Positions 35,001-45,788 of a stretch of 64,000 nt of DNA are shown in pieces. Below the pieces are notes generated by a model. It had not been told where the DNA came from and did not search any database. It saw nothing but the letters and a program-made list of their open reading frames with translations. Position numbers and translations under genes: made by a program. Numbering within the stretch: the stretch's first letter is position 1; every line of letters begins with the position of its first letter. The DNA comes from Mytilus californianus (taxonomy: Eukaryota). The stretch is from NCBI RefSeq assembly GCF_021869535.1, contig NW_026262581.1:86800001-86864000 (forward strand), given 5' to 3'.

Positions 35001-37157
35001 TGTATGCTGGTGAAATATGCTATTGGTTATGTAACAAACCTTTCTATCTTTACAGGTATATACAGTGACACACACTAAGTATTATGTATGCTGGTGAAAT
35101 GTGCTATTGGTTATGTAACAAACCTTTCTATCTTTACAGGTATATACAGTGACACACACTTACTAAGTATGATGTATGCTGGTGAAATGTGTTATTGGTT
35201 ATGTAACAAACCTTTCTATCTTTACAGGTATATACAGTGACACACACTTACTAAATATGATGTATGCTGGTGAAATGTGCTATTGGTTATGTAACAAACC
35301 TTTCTATCTTTACAGGTATATACAGTGACACACACTTATTAAGTATGATGTATGCTGGTGAAATATGCTATTGGTTATGTAACAAACCTATCTATCTTTA
35401 CAGGTATATACAGTGACACACACTTATTAAGTACGATGTATGCTGGTGAAATATGCTATTGGTTATGTAACAAACCTTTCTATCTTTACAGGTATATACA
35501 GTGACACACACTAAGTATTATGTATGCTGGTGAAATGTGCTATTGGTTATGTAACAAACCTTTCTATCTTTACAGGTATATACTGTGACACACACTAAGT
35601 ATGATGTATGTTGGTGAAATGTGCCATTAGTTTTGTAACAAACCTTTCTATCTTTACAGGTATATACAGTGACACACACTTACTAAGTATGATGTATGCT
35701 GGTGAAATATGCTATTGGTTATGTAACAAACCTATCTATCTTTACAGGTATATACAGTGACACACACTTATTAAGTACGATGTATGCTGGTGAAATATGC
35801 TATTGGTTATGTAACAAACCTTTCTATCTTTACAGGTATATACAGTGACACACACTAAGTATTATGTATGCTGGTGAAATGTGCTATTGGTTATGTAACA
35901 AACCTTTCTATCTTTACAGGTATATACAGTGACACACACTTACTGAGTATAATGTATGTTGGTGAAATGTGCTTTTGGTTTTGTAACAAACCTTCCTATC
36001 TTTACAGGTATATACTGTGACACACACTAAGTATGTTGTATGCTGGTGAAATGTGCTATTGATTTTGTAACAAACCTTTCTATCTTTACAGGTATATACA
36101 GTGACACACACTAAGAATGATGTATGTTGGTGAAATGTGCTATTAGTTTTGTAACAAACCTCTCTATCTTTACAGGTATATACAGTGACACACACTTACT
36201 AAGTATGATGTATGTTGGTGAAATGTGCTATTAGTTTTGTAACAAACCTTTCTATCTTTACAGGTATATACAGTGACACACACTTACTAAGTATGATGTA
36301 TGTTGGTGAAATGTGCTATTGTTTTGTAACAAACCTTTCTATCTTTACAGGTATATACAGTGACACACTAAGTACTATGTATGTTGGTGAAATGTGCTAT
36401 TGATTTTGTAACAAACCTTCCTATCTTTACAGGTATATACAGTGACACACACTAAGTATTATGTATGCTGGTGAAATGTGCTATTGATTTTGTAACAAAC
36501 CTTCCTATCTTTACAGGTATATACAGTGACACACACTAAGTATGATGTATGTTGGTGAAATGTGCTATTGATTTTGTAACAAACCTTTCTATCTTTACAG
36601 GTATATACAGTGACACACTAAGTACTATGTATGTTGGTGAAATATGCTATTGGTTATGTAACAAACCTTTCTATCTTTACAGGTATATACAGTGACACAC
36701 ACTAAGTATTATGTATGCTGGTGAAATGTGCTATTGGTTATGTAACAAACCTTTCTATCTTTACAGGTATATACAGTGACACACACTTACTAAGTATGAT
36801 GTATGCTAGTGAAATTGGCTATTGGTTATGTAACAAACCTTTCTATCTTTACAGGTATATACAGTGACACACACTTACTAAGTATGATGTATGCTGGTGA
36901 AATGGGCTATTGGTTTTGTAACAAACCTTTCTATCTTTACAGGTATATACAGTGACACACACTTACTAAGTATGATGTATGCTGGTGAAATGTGTTATTG
37001 GTTTTGTAACAAACCAGAACAAAGTACTTCTGACTTTAATCCAAAGGTTATAGGACAAGACCTACTATCAAAATATATTGCATGTGCAAAGTCACCAGTT
37101 ATGTATGGATGGTCAACAGACAAAGCTGAAGAATTTCTTAAAGTTATGTCAACATGA
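23008..37157 (+). CDS. RIMOC1: RAB7A-interacting MON1-CCZ1 complex subunit 1 (C5orf51/UPF0600 orthologue); 7 exons, about 258 aa
   Basis: Exons 23008-23077, 24406-24515, 26543-26636, 27340-27392, 28366-28497, 31731-31833 and 36943-37157 join in frame (777 nt) with GT-AG borders. Peptides YAQIVLDYTYIDETKLVDELFP, LGHELVECINWRKGALLYM and GIYSDTHLLSMMYAGEMCYW match recalled C5orf51 motifs (ILDMTYFEENKLVDEDFP, LGDELLECLSWRRGALLYM, GIFSDIHLLAMMYSGEMCYW). Confidence 0.9.
24406..24515 (+). CDS. RIMOC1: RIMOC1 exon 2
   Basis: ttttgcag acceptor, CAG|gtaaaa donor; SLVELLKQYAQ. Confidence 0.87.
25484..26542. repeat. 34-bp minisatellite (about 31 copies) ending in the RIMOC1 exon 3 acceptor
   Basis: Unit aataaaccaatgataatgat(a/c)tgttatttattac; the last unit ends ttattacAG. 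Confidence 0.93.
26543..26636 (+). CDS. RIMOC1: RIMOC1 exon 3
   Basis: ttattacag acceptor (last unit of a 34-bp array), G|gtaata donor; IVLDYTYIDETKLVDELFP. Confidence 0.9.
27340..27392 (+). CDS. RIMOC1: RIMOC1 exon 4
   Basis: ttttttag acceptor (in-frame alternative AG 9 nt downstream), TCA|gtaagt donor. Confidence 0.8.
28366..28497 (+). CDS. RIMOC1: RIMOC1 exon 5
   Basis: tatatag acceptor, ATG|gtaaaa donor; LGHELVECINWRKGALLYMLC. Confidence 0.9.
30092..30585. mobile_element. Internally deleted HINE-like element
   Basis: tttttatacgaccgc...gtcgtata start and gtcgtatccagctg...gaagcagtttatt end, shared with 39322-42218. Confidence 0.7.
31217..31600. mobile_element. Hairpin-ended non-autonomous element (copy of 735-2312)
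   Basis: Long imperfect inverted arms at about 31442-31497 and 31533-31596. Confidence 0.65.
31731..31833 (+). CDS. RIMOC1: RIMOC1 exon 6
   Basis: gtttcag acceptor, G|gtaagt donor; GIEYLQQML. Confidence 0.9.
32719..37015 (+). repeat. 82-88-bp satellite (about 50 copies) built from the RIMOC1 last-exon acceptor plus the first 73 coding nt
   Basis: Unit tttctatctttacag|gtatatacagtgacacacacttactaagtatgatgtatgctggtgaaatgtgctattggttatgtaacaaacc; the final unit runs into unique coding sequence. Confidence 0.95.
36943..37157 (+). CDS. RIMOC1: RIMOC1 terminal coding exon (intact copy at the end of the satellite)
   Basis: ctttacag acceptor; GIYSDTHLLSMMYAGEMCYWFCNKPEQ...GQDLLSKYIACAKSP...GWSTDKAEEFLKVMST*; AATAAA near 37373 and 37383. 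Confidence 0.85.
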
Positions 37158-37517
37158 GTTGAATACATATTTATAAGTTGATTATTGTTTTTCCAAAATG
37201 ATATCAGATACATGTAGGCAAGGCAAGGAGAATATATTGGTTCAATTATAGAATTGATGCAATGATGACAAGAGACAGAGATGAAACGTTGTCATTCCAA
37301 TAGCTTTTCAAACTTAAAAGCCACTTTTATGTTAAAAAGCTACTTTTATTGAAAATTAAGACGAAGTAGCAAAAATAAAAGTAATAAATGTATATGTGAG
37401 TTACATGTACACAAGAACTCTAGATGTATTTTGTTCTTTTTAGCCAGATAATTAATTTGGAGTAGTATGAAGGGTAGGCAAGCAGTTGAAATTAAAAACA
37501 AAATCAATTTCCTATCA

Positions 37518-37840
37518 TTTTTGTCTCGCCTTGACGGCGTCAAAAAGGGAGACATAGGTATGCTGTTTCCAGCGTCGGTGGCAGCAGCATCAACAATGTG
37601 ATTAGGTCTAGTTTATGGTGAACCAATAGTGGTAGGTCAATGATATTTGGTATGCAGTTGTATTAGCATTGGCACATCTCTTTTCCATGGAGATTGTTTA
37701 GCCCTGTACCTTCAGTCATGGTTCATTGACTTTGAATATTTGCATAACTTACATGTTAAAGTATTACTATTTTAATTTCAACATTTGCATTAATAAAATA
37801 ACAAATAGGCGAGACATATCTCTGTGTTAACAGTTTATTT
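37518..37840. mobile_element. Short HINE-like element
   Basis: tgtctcgcc...gagaca hairpin start, ggcgagacatatc...cagtttatt end; sister copy at 38424-38760, fragment near 27020-27155. Confidence 0.7.
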
Positions 37841-38423
37841 ATAATGAAACATTGTGGTAAATGTACTTTGATAAGTTGTCATTCATGACATTATAGAGGT
37901 CAACTTTGATCATACTTTTTCACATTTGCCATTCAGGAGTTATGGTCCTTGATTTATTAAAAAAAAAATGCCGCTTTATTTCTCAACCAGACAATAATTT
38001 AAAAACCATTCAATCAATATTTATTTTGTATTTTAATGTGTTGTTTTTATGACAAATACAATCTTGACCATTTACTCTTTGTGTTGTTCAGGAATTATGG
38101 TCCTTGTTTCCTTTAACAATGACACTAATAAAAGTAAAGGAAAACCCTGTTTGCTGTCAATTTGACAGTCCTGTTGTGTTGTTGGATTACAGTCTCATTG
38201 ATGTGAAGCCCACATCTTTTTTCAAATAAATAAAATGTCCCGTTTACTATATTTTCTGTTTTCTGTTTTATTGTTGTTTGGTGTATATGTCTCATTGAAA
38301 GAAAATAGAATGCTAGGATTTTTTGCCTTTTTGATAAAATATATTGTATGTCATTTGCGATAAAAAATTTTATAATGGTCAACCAAAACAGTGCAGTCCT
38401 CTACATTCAGTTGTATTGTCCAT

Positions 38424-38760
38424 TTCTATCTCGCCTTAACGGAGTCAAAAAGCGAGACATAGGTATGCTGTTTCTGGCGTCGGCTGCAGCGGAGGCGTCA
38501 ACGCTGTATTAGTTTGTGATTAGGTCTAGTTTATGGTGAACTACTAGTGGTAGGTCAATGGTATTTGGTATGCACTTGTATTAGCATTGGCACATCTCAT
38601 TTCCATGGAGATTGTTTAGCCATGTACCTTCAGTCATGTTTCATTGACTTTGAATATTTGCATAACTTACATGTTAAAGTATTGCTATTTTTTTAATTTC
38701 AACATTTGCATTATCAAAATTACAAAAAGGCGAGACATATCACTGTGTTAACAGTTTATT
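38424..38760. mobile_element. Short HINE-like element (sister of 37518-37840)
   Basis: Co-linear similarity along the whole length. Confidence 0.7.
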
Positions 38761-38929
38761 GCCCAAATTAGTACCTTTATGCTGTCTGTCCATACCGGCT
38801 TTAACTAATAAACACATTTAATTTAAAACTATGATATTTTAAATAGAACAACTAAAGTAGTTTCTTAGTTTTGAAACAGATAAAAACAACAGTATAGTGA
38901 AAGTGCAAACACTTGCTCGAGTCAATCTG

Positions 38930-39290
38930 AAGTTGTGTTCATGAACATCCCAATATACATTGGACTTTTTTGATGCCTCACAACTAACTGAAAAAGTAAA
39001 CCTGATGTCTCACTTATCATGACTTTTTGCAGGGGGGACAAACATGGAAAATCAAATATACTGTGGAATGCCCATGACCACAACTCTTTGAAGGGGAAAC
39101 AAAAATGGAAGGTCATATATACAGAGTATGCCCATGAACACAACTTTTTGCAGGGGAGACAAAAATAGAAAGTCAAGTATAGAGTGGGTTGTCCATGAAA
39201 ACAACATTATGGAATGTCCCCTGCAAAAAGTTATGTTCATGGGCATTCCACTGTATATTTAACTTTCAATTTTGTCTCCAGTGCAAAAAC
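38930..39290. repeat. Diverged tandem repeat of about 70 bp
   Basis: Recurring gcccatga(c/a)cacaact(c/t)tttg...ggggagacaaaaat units. Confidence 0.55.
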
Positions 39291-39679
39291 TCGTGATAAG
39301 TGAGGCGAGACACAGGATTTACTTTTTATACGACCGCAAAAAATTTTGCGGTCGTATATTGGTATCACGTCGTCGTCGTTCGAAAACATTTGGTTTCTGG
39401 ACAATAACTTAAGTAAATGTAAATAGAAATCTATGAAATTTAAACACAAGGTTTATAACTACAAAAGGAAGGTTGGAATTGATTTTGGGGGGTTATAACA
39501 GTTTAGGAATTAGGGGCCCAAATAAGCATTTTTCTAGTTTCCAGACAATAATTTGTGGAACGGTGTCTGAAATTATACCACAAGTTTCCATACCACAAAG
39601 GGATGGTTAGGATTGGCTTTGGGGGGTTTTGGCTCAAACAGTTTAGGAATTAGGGGCATAAAAGGGGGGAAAAGCAAGA

Positions 39680-40744
39680 GGTGATTTTGAATCTGTTCAA
39701 AGTTTTGATTTTTCTACCCTATATACCACTTTGCCTCATATTCTTATTAAGAAAAAATTCACACACCTAATTAAATGGGCATCTAAAAAGTCGGAATGCG
39801 AATACATATGTTCAAACTCTTTTAGGTCATTTTTTAGTAGCAACAAACAAAAGAGCTATGTCAATTGGACATGCTTTGATACTATATCTGCCCTTGAATT
39901 TTTACTTGATAACATTTTTGTTCGCTTTGGAGATTCCGTATATCGTCAAGTTATTTGAATTCCAATGGGGACTAACTGTGCACCACTTATTGCGGACCTG
40001 TTTTTGTATTGTTATGAGTTACAATTTATGACTAAAATCAGCAAAGACCCATCGAAACAACATCTGGTACAAAAATTTAACAATACTTTTAGATATTTGG
40101 ATGATATATTGGCTCTCAATTATGACGACTTCAGTATGTTTACTAAAGAAATTTATCCTGTTGAACTTACTGTAAATAAAGCTAATACTAACAATGACCA
40201 CTGTCCTTTCCTTGATCTTGATATCTATATCATTAAAGGGAAGCTTAATACAAAAATTTATGATAAAAGAGATGATTTTTCATTTCCTATCGTTAATTAT
40301 CCATTTTTAGATGGTTACGTTCCCTTGTCACCATCTTATGGTGTTTATATATCTCAACTTGTACGATTCGCTCGTGTATGTAACAACATATTAGATTTTA
40401 GCGAGAGAAATTTATGTATTACTGAAAAATTATTACACCAGGGTTTTCGATATCATAAACTAGTCAAAACATTTACTAAATTTTATCATCGGTATAAGGA
40501 CATCATTCGTAAATATAACTCAACATGCAGACATCTTATACGTTCGGGTATTTCACATCCAATCTTTTATGGTAATATTCTTAACAAAGCACAAAAATGT
40601 CAGTATTCACCTCAAAAGCTAACAAAACCTTTAAACAGACTTATTAAGAAGGGATATAGTTACGATACTGTTGTAAGGTCATTAAAGATTGCATGTTTTG
40701 GCTTTAATATTGATTCACTTATAGGGTCTTTGCATCGGAATTAA
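39680..40744 (+). pseudogene. Penelope-like reverse transcriptase pseudogene
   Basis: One frame with a single premature TGA at 39956-39958 (RQVI*IPMG, normally Gly). Confidence 0.85.
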
Positions 40745-41384
40745 ACATATTTATTCTAAAACCAGTTGTTGGCATGACACGGGTTATGTTCTTCTCATAT
40801 ATTTTATTATGGTATAATACTAAACCCCTAACAGGAGGGATTGTGCCTGATATTCATATGATGAAGACATAATCTTTTAATTAGTTTAATTGAGGTCTGG
40901 AGCTGGCATGTCAGTAACTGCTAGTAGTCTGTTGTTATTTATGTATTATTGTCATTTTGTTTATTTTCTTTTGTTTCCTATTCTGACATTGGACTCGGAC
41001 TTCTCTTAAACTGAGTTTTACTGTGCGTACTGTTGTACATTTGTTTTTCTACATTGGCTTGAGGTATAGGGGGAGGGTTGAGATCTCAAAAACATGTTTA
41101 ACCTCGCCGCATTTTTGCGCCTGTCCCAAGTCAGGAGCCTCTGGCCTTTGTTAGTCTTGTATCATTTTTAATTTTAGTTTCTTGTGTATAATTTGGAGTT
41201 TAGTATGACGTCCATTATCACTGAACTAGTATACATATTTGTTTAGGGTCCAGCTGAAGGACGCCTCCGGGTGTGGGAGTTTCTCGCTGCATTGAAGACC
41301 CATTGGTGGCCTTCGGCTGTTGCATGCTCTATGGTCGGGTTGTTGTCTCTTTGACACATTCCCCATTTCCATTCTCAATTTTAT
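39680..41384 (+). mobile_element. 5'-truncated Penelope-like retroelement (probably Naiad-type) with a reverse-transcriptase remnant and 640-bp 3' region
   Basis: SFDFSTLYTTLPH, IPMGTNCAPLIADLFL, FRYLDD, PFLDL, YGVYISQLVRFAR; no C-terminal GIY-YIG before the stop at 40744. Confidence 0.85.
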
Positions 41385-42239
41385 TTCCTGGTTAATGGAC
41401 AATTAAAAAAAAGTGCAATGTTATGTTTGGATTACCTCCCTTACACTGCTTTTAAATTATGTATAAAGAAATGTTGTATTGTCTTGAGGTGATTGGCTGT
41501 CAATTTATTTTTAGAAGTTACTATTTTGAAAAATGCTGATTAAGGAATATTAATTTTAGCCATGATTTTGTATATCATTTTCTATTTTAAGACTTTTATG
41601 ATGTATTTGAATGGGTAATTATGGTTGCAAACTCCTTTGGAAATTTGAATTGAGATTATGACCATATCTTAAGGGAAAGATTTTTTTTTTGGAAAAGGGG
41701 GGGGGGGGGGGGGGGGGGGGGGTGAAAAAAAAAAGGTTGGGGACAATTTTTCTCATTTATGATTTCAGAAATTAAAAAGAAATTTCTTTCAATTTTTTTT
41801 TTTTGCAAAAAAAGGGGGGGGGGGGGGGAGGATTGGGGGTAAAAACAGTTTTTTTTGTTTTTTTTGGGGGGGGGGTAAAAACAGTTTTTTAATTTATTTT
41901 TTTTGGGGGGGGGGGGGGGGTCAATTGCACAAAAGCAAAAAAAAAAGGGGTAAATTTTTTTTTTCGGGGGGGGGGGGGGCGTTTCGCAACAGCATAGTGT
42001 ATTGCACAAAAGTAAAAAATTGAATATAAATTCAAATCGTGTAACCAATTCTTAGTTCTTTGACTACAGTTATTCTGTGTCAGAAACCTATTATGTGTCA
42101 AATATTTAATTACAATCCAAATTCAGACCTGTATCAATATTGTGTCCATTTTTGCCCCAACTGTTCAGGGTTGGACCTCTGCGGTCGTATCCAGCTGCGC
42201 TCGGCGAAGCAATTTATTAGTTAGCTGTGGCAGTGTCAG

Positions 42240-42480
42240 TAAAAAAAGTAGGAAAAGATACCAAGGGAGCATAAAAAAACACATAGGTCAAAGAAAATTA
42301 GACCACCATGGACTAAAAATAAAAACAAAATGCAAACATCATGCACAAAACACCACACAGAAAAATAAAGAATAAGCAGTAACACCACAAAAAAAACAAA
42401 GTTGAAATCAGGTGTCCTGGATGAGTTACCAGTTCCTGCTGCACAAGTGTCACCTATCATACTTAATCCTGGCAAGTTAA
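42240..42480 (-). mobile_element. Degenerate 3' end of a retroelement-derived repeat
   Basis: caggtgtcctggatgagttaccagttcctgctgcacaagtg resembles the common bivalve caggtgctccggaagggtaagcagttcctgctcc repeat. Confidence 0.5.
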
Positions 42481-42559
42481 GTTTGATGATAAATTCACAA
42501 TTAATGGAAAGACATTTCGAAAGTTGTGTTCCTTGGTAGCTACATGATATATAAGCTTT

Positions 42560-43780
42560 AGTGATCAGGGAAGGTTTTCAGGATAAGATTTCCTTCTAAG
42601 TAACAATGCATGATGACTCAACCATATTTCGTATGCGGATTGGTTGCAAGGAGTATATTTCTGTCATATATAACTCGTATGTCCTTGACCTCAATTTGAA
42701 ATCCATTGGTCAGGTTAATTTTTCAAATACATGTATGTCAACAATATTTGATTAATGGATCGATTGCAAGACATATGTGTTCATCTGACATGTTTCAAAT
42801 GGCCTTGACCTCAAGTTCACACTTCAGTGGTCAGTTTAAAGTTTACATGATCAGGTATGTTCTTCAGTAATGAACATGAAAGGTCAACAAGACTTGGACT
42901 GTACTTTGGATTCAAAAAGTATATTCTGTCTACCATATGTAGTATGCCTTGACCTGAATTTCATCCCCCTATACAGTGTATTTAGGTGTTTTTTTAGATT
43001 AAAGTATGGTTCTCAATAACTGTATACAATAGATGAACAATATATGATATGTGGACCGGTTGCTAGTAGTGTGTGTCTATTCTTTACAATTTGGCCTTCA
43101 TCTCAATTTCATGCTCCAATGATCAGGATAATTATTAGAATGAGGTTTGTTCTCTCTGATAAACAAAATAAGTTGATTTACTGTCTGGTCTTGAAATTTT
43201 GACTTGATCTATATAAGGCTGAAGTGATCAGCCGGAGTTTTCAGGCTGGGGTCTTTGTCCTAGTACCTATGCATGACATGTCAACAATATTTGCTATGTG
43301 AATTGGTTGCAAGGAGTGTAGGGAATATTTCATATGTCCTTGGCCTCAAATTTCATGCAACAGTGAAAAGTTTTCAGAATGAAGCCTGTTTCTCGGTACT
43401 TTTACATGATGTGTAAATATTATTATGTCTGTCTGACATATGTCATGACCTTGACCTAAATTTCAGGGTGAGGTCTCTTCCTCAGTAACTTGACAATGTA
43501 TACAATAGGTCAACAATATGTTGTGTGTAAATTGATTGTAAGATGAATATGTACATGTATTGTTGTCTCTTTGACACAATCCCCATTTCCATTCTCAATT
43601 TTATGTGATCATAATGATATTTGGTTTTTTCTTATGATTAGGTCTGTTTCTCAGTAACAATGCATGATTCTTCAATCATATTTGATAAGTGGATTGGATT
43701 GGAGGAGCGTATGTCAGTCTGATATATTTCATATGACCTTGACATCAATTTCACGCTCAAATGGTCATGTTAAGTGTTCG
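42560..43780. mobile_element. Old degenerate HINE-like element (reverse orientation of the 8818 family)
   Basis: Recurring tgaccttgacct(c/g) and ttcatg...agtggtcag units. Confidence 0.45.
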
Positions 43781-44021
43781 TTATTTATTCCTCCTCAGTT
43801 TCTATACATTAAAGGTCTCAGTATAGGCTGCGTAAGTTAACGCAAGGGTCTATATTATTAAAATATAATTAATTGGTTAATAGTTTAGCAGGAACTATTT
43901 GAATAAACGTATTCAATTTTGTCTCTCTTATTTAATACAGTTAAATTGAACAAACACCCATTTATTCTTATTACCCAATATGAGCATATATATATATTAC
44001 ATTTCCTTAAGTATTAGTATT

Positions 44022-45788
44022 TTATATTTGTTTTTCAGGAAATGCCTTTTCAATTTTAAGATGATCGTTATATATTTTTTCCAAAAACTCAGTTGTTGAC
44101 ATGTCACTTCCTTTGGATGGTAACTGTTTATCTTTAAGAACACACTTTGAGTATATGTCTACTATAGCTTTTGCAAACTTTGAAGTTAATTCTTCATCCT
44201 CAACCATATGAGCTCTCACGGTTCTGGGTATTTCTAATTGAAATGAAGGAATACCCAGACACACAGATTGAGTTGTCATGGTATATAAATCTCCTCCCCA
44301 GTCTCCACATAACAGGGGGTCCACATTTATTGCATATTTCATACCTCTTTTCTCGTATGCAGGGTCCTGGAACACTTGTGTAAAAGCAGAATGCGTTTCC
44401 TCTTTGAACATATCCACAAACTTTGTGCTATGCCAACGAGTTTCCATTGCACGAAACCCAGCGTCTACATCCATATTACTTTTCCTATCTTTTTTCCCGT
44501 GAATATCAATATGAAATATTGGCATATTGTTTTCTTTGCCGTAAATTTTGAATTGTTCCAATGCTTCATGCCAAGGAGACTGGATAAACTGTTTTTCGGT
44601 CAAATAATTCGGATCTAAATTCCTAAAATCTGCCGGCATTCCTACTTTCCTATCCCATATAATAAAACTTGCAGGATAGCCTGTATATTTGCTGATATGA
44701 ATTGCTAATTTTAGAACAATTTCAGTAACATAGATTTCTCTATAATGTATACGGCGCCTTCGACCGTCCGTTCCACCTCTCCAGATTTTCAAACCATGAG
44801 GTGCACTAAGTAAAATTGGACCATTAAGTCTGAACATGCAAGAATTATTCCCTGTTATTAGTTTTGGCAGTGTAGGCTGGACAAATGTTCGTTCAGTGCA
44901 ACGACTGCTTGCCGATTTCTGTTTACAAGCTTGACGAGATGTGCTATTTGCTGAATCTGGATTTCCGTTTATTTCGATATTTTTCAATTTTTTTGTGCTA
45001 TTGTGGTGTTTGTGAAGTATATTTCTAGAATCGATATTTTGTAAATTGATGTTTGAAGTTAAGTTTTCTCTTCTATCGTACTTTGCAGAATAGCGATCTG
45101 ATGAGCTTCCGGTGTACCGAGAAGAACACGTTGCTCTGGAAAGGGCAGAAGTTTGTCTGAGTATATTTTCAGATAAATGTGGAGATGTTGGCAGAAGAGT
45201 TTTCTTTTTGCTGCTTAAAATTATCCTATTAAGAGCTTGCCGCATTTCTTTCTGTATCTTTGATTTGGTGAACGACTTGATAACAATATAATCAAAACAA
45301 TTTTCGTCTGTTAATCCTGTTTTAGGAGAACCTTTTCCTATCGTATCTCTTGACCGACATCTTTCCGCATGAGTTAAAATTTTGTTGATGATACTTTCTG
45401 AAGTATTTTGTCTGTTTTCGATTCTTAATTTTTCTAGTGGTGTAGTCACTGAATTTTTATCTTTTGATGTTGTTTTAATGTCAGTTTTACCGACATAAGA
45501 TGTTAAATTTCCTTGAAGTTTTGGAAATGTTACTCCCGGATAACTTGAAACCCTTGCGACATGCGGACTTTCAAAAAGAATAGGACCCTTTGTTTGATAT
45601 GAAGTAGAATGGCCGAAGGTATATTCCGTGACTTTAGTTCCAGGTACGGTATTCGGTAGATGAAACTGCTTTCGTTTACACGAGAGAGGCCTTCCAGAAT
45701 GATAATCTGTTCGGATCTGCGATAGACTTCGGGGGCCTAACCAGGTGTTGGCGTTACTGATGGATGGCCTCTCCCCCATTGTCGTCAT
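44022..45788 (-). CDS. Uncharacterised 588-aa protein: basic Ser/Thr/Arg/Lys-rich N-terminal half plus a C-terminal N-formylglutamate amidohydrolase-like (Zn-dependent exopeptidase fold) domain; single coding exon
   Basis: 1767-nt uninterrupted ORF in AT-rich DNA. An in-frame stop lies upstream of the ATG, a ttttttcag acceptor at 45836, and AATAAA at 43961-43966 about 55 nt past the stop. Motifs occur in FGase order: ILLSAPHG, LDPNY, SPWHEAL, HIDIHG, DVDAG, WGGDLYT, FQLEIPR. Confidence 0.8.
   Translation of the reverse strand: MTTMGERPSISNANTWLGPRSLSQIRTDYHSGRPLSCKRKQFHLPNTVPGTKVTEYTFGHSTSYQTKGPILFESPHVARVSSYPGVTFPKLQGNLTSYVGKTDIKTTSKDKNSVTTPLEKLRIENRQNTSESIINKILTHAERCRSRDTIGKGSPKTGLTDENCFDYIVIKSFTKSKIQKEMRQALNRIILSSKKKTLLPTSPHLSENILRQTSALSRATCSSRYTGSSSDRYSAKYDRRENLTSNINLQNIDSRNILHKHHNSTKKLKNIEINGNPDSANSTSRQACKQKSASSRCTERTFVQPTLPKLITGNNSCMFRLNGPILLSAPHGLKIWRGGTDGRRRRIHYREIYVTEIVLKLAIHISKYTGYPASFIIWDRKVGMPADFRNLDPNYLTEKQFIQSPWHEALEQFKIYGKENNMPIFHIDIHGKKDRKSNMDVDAGFRAMETRWHSTKFVDMFKEETHSAFTQVFQDPAYEKRGMKYAINVDPLLCGDWGGDLYTMTTQSVCLGIPSFQLEIPRTVRAHMVEDEELTSKFAKAIVDIYSKCVLKDKQLPSKGSDMSTTEFLEKIYNDHLKIEKAFPEKQI

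Larger units (their letters stand above)
39322..42218. mobile_element. HINE-like element split by a Penelope-like insertion
   Basis: Same termini as 30092-30585; body interrupted at about 39680-41384. Confidence 0.7.

Noticed and set aside
34306-36403. Cys/His-rich ORFs that look like zinc fingers or metallothionein
   Set aside because: They are antisense or shifted-frame readings of the RIMOC1 exon-derived satellite.
13500-37015. Regular arrays as CRISPR
   Set aside because: Units are head-to-tail with no unique spacers, there are no cas genes, and the context is eukaryotic and spliced.
39956-39958. In-frame TGA in the RT as selenocysteine (reported for some Naiad elements)
   Set aside because: It falls at the conserved Gly of IGIPMG (GGA to TGA) in a 5'-truncated copy; a nonsense mutation is simpler.
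41656-42101. Poly-Pro/Lys ORFs
   Set aside because: They arise from homopolymer runs in a repeat element.
44022-45788. Bacterial contamination as the source of the intronless hydrolase ORF
   Set aside because: It is embedded among host repeats, has host-like AT content, and has a spliceosomal acceptor and AATAAA signal with no operon context.
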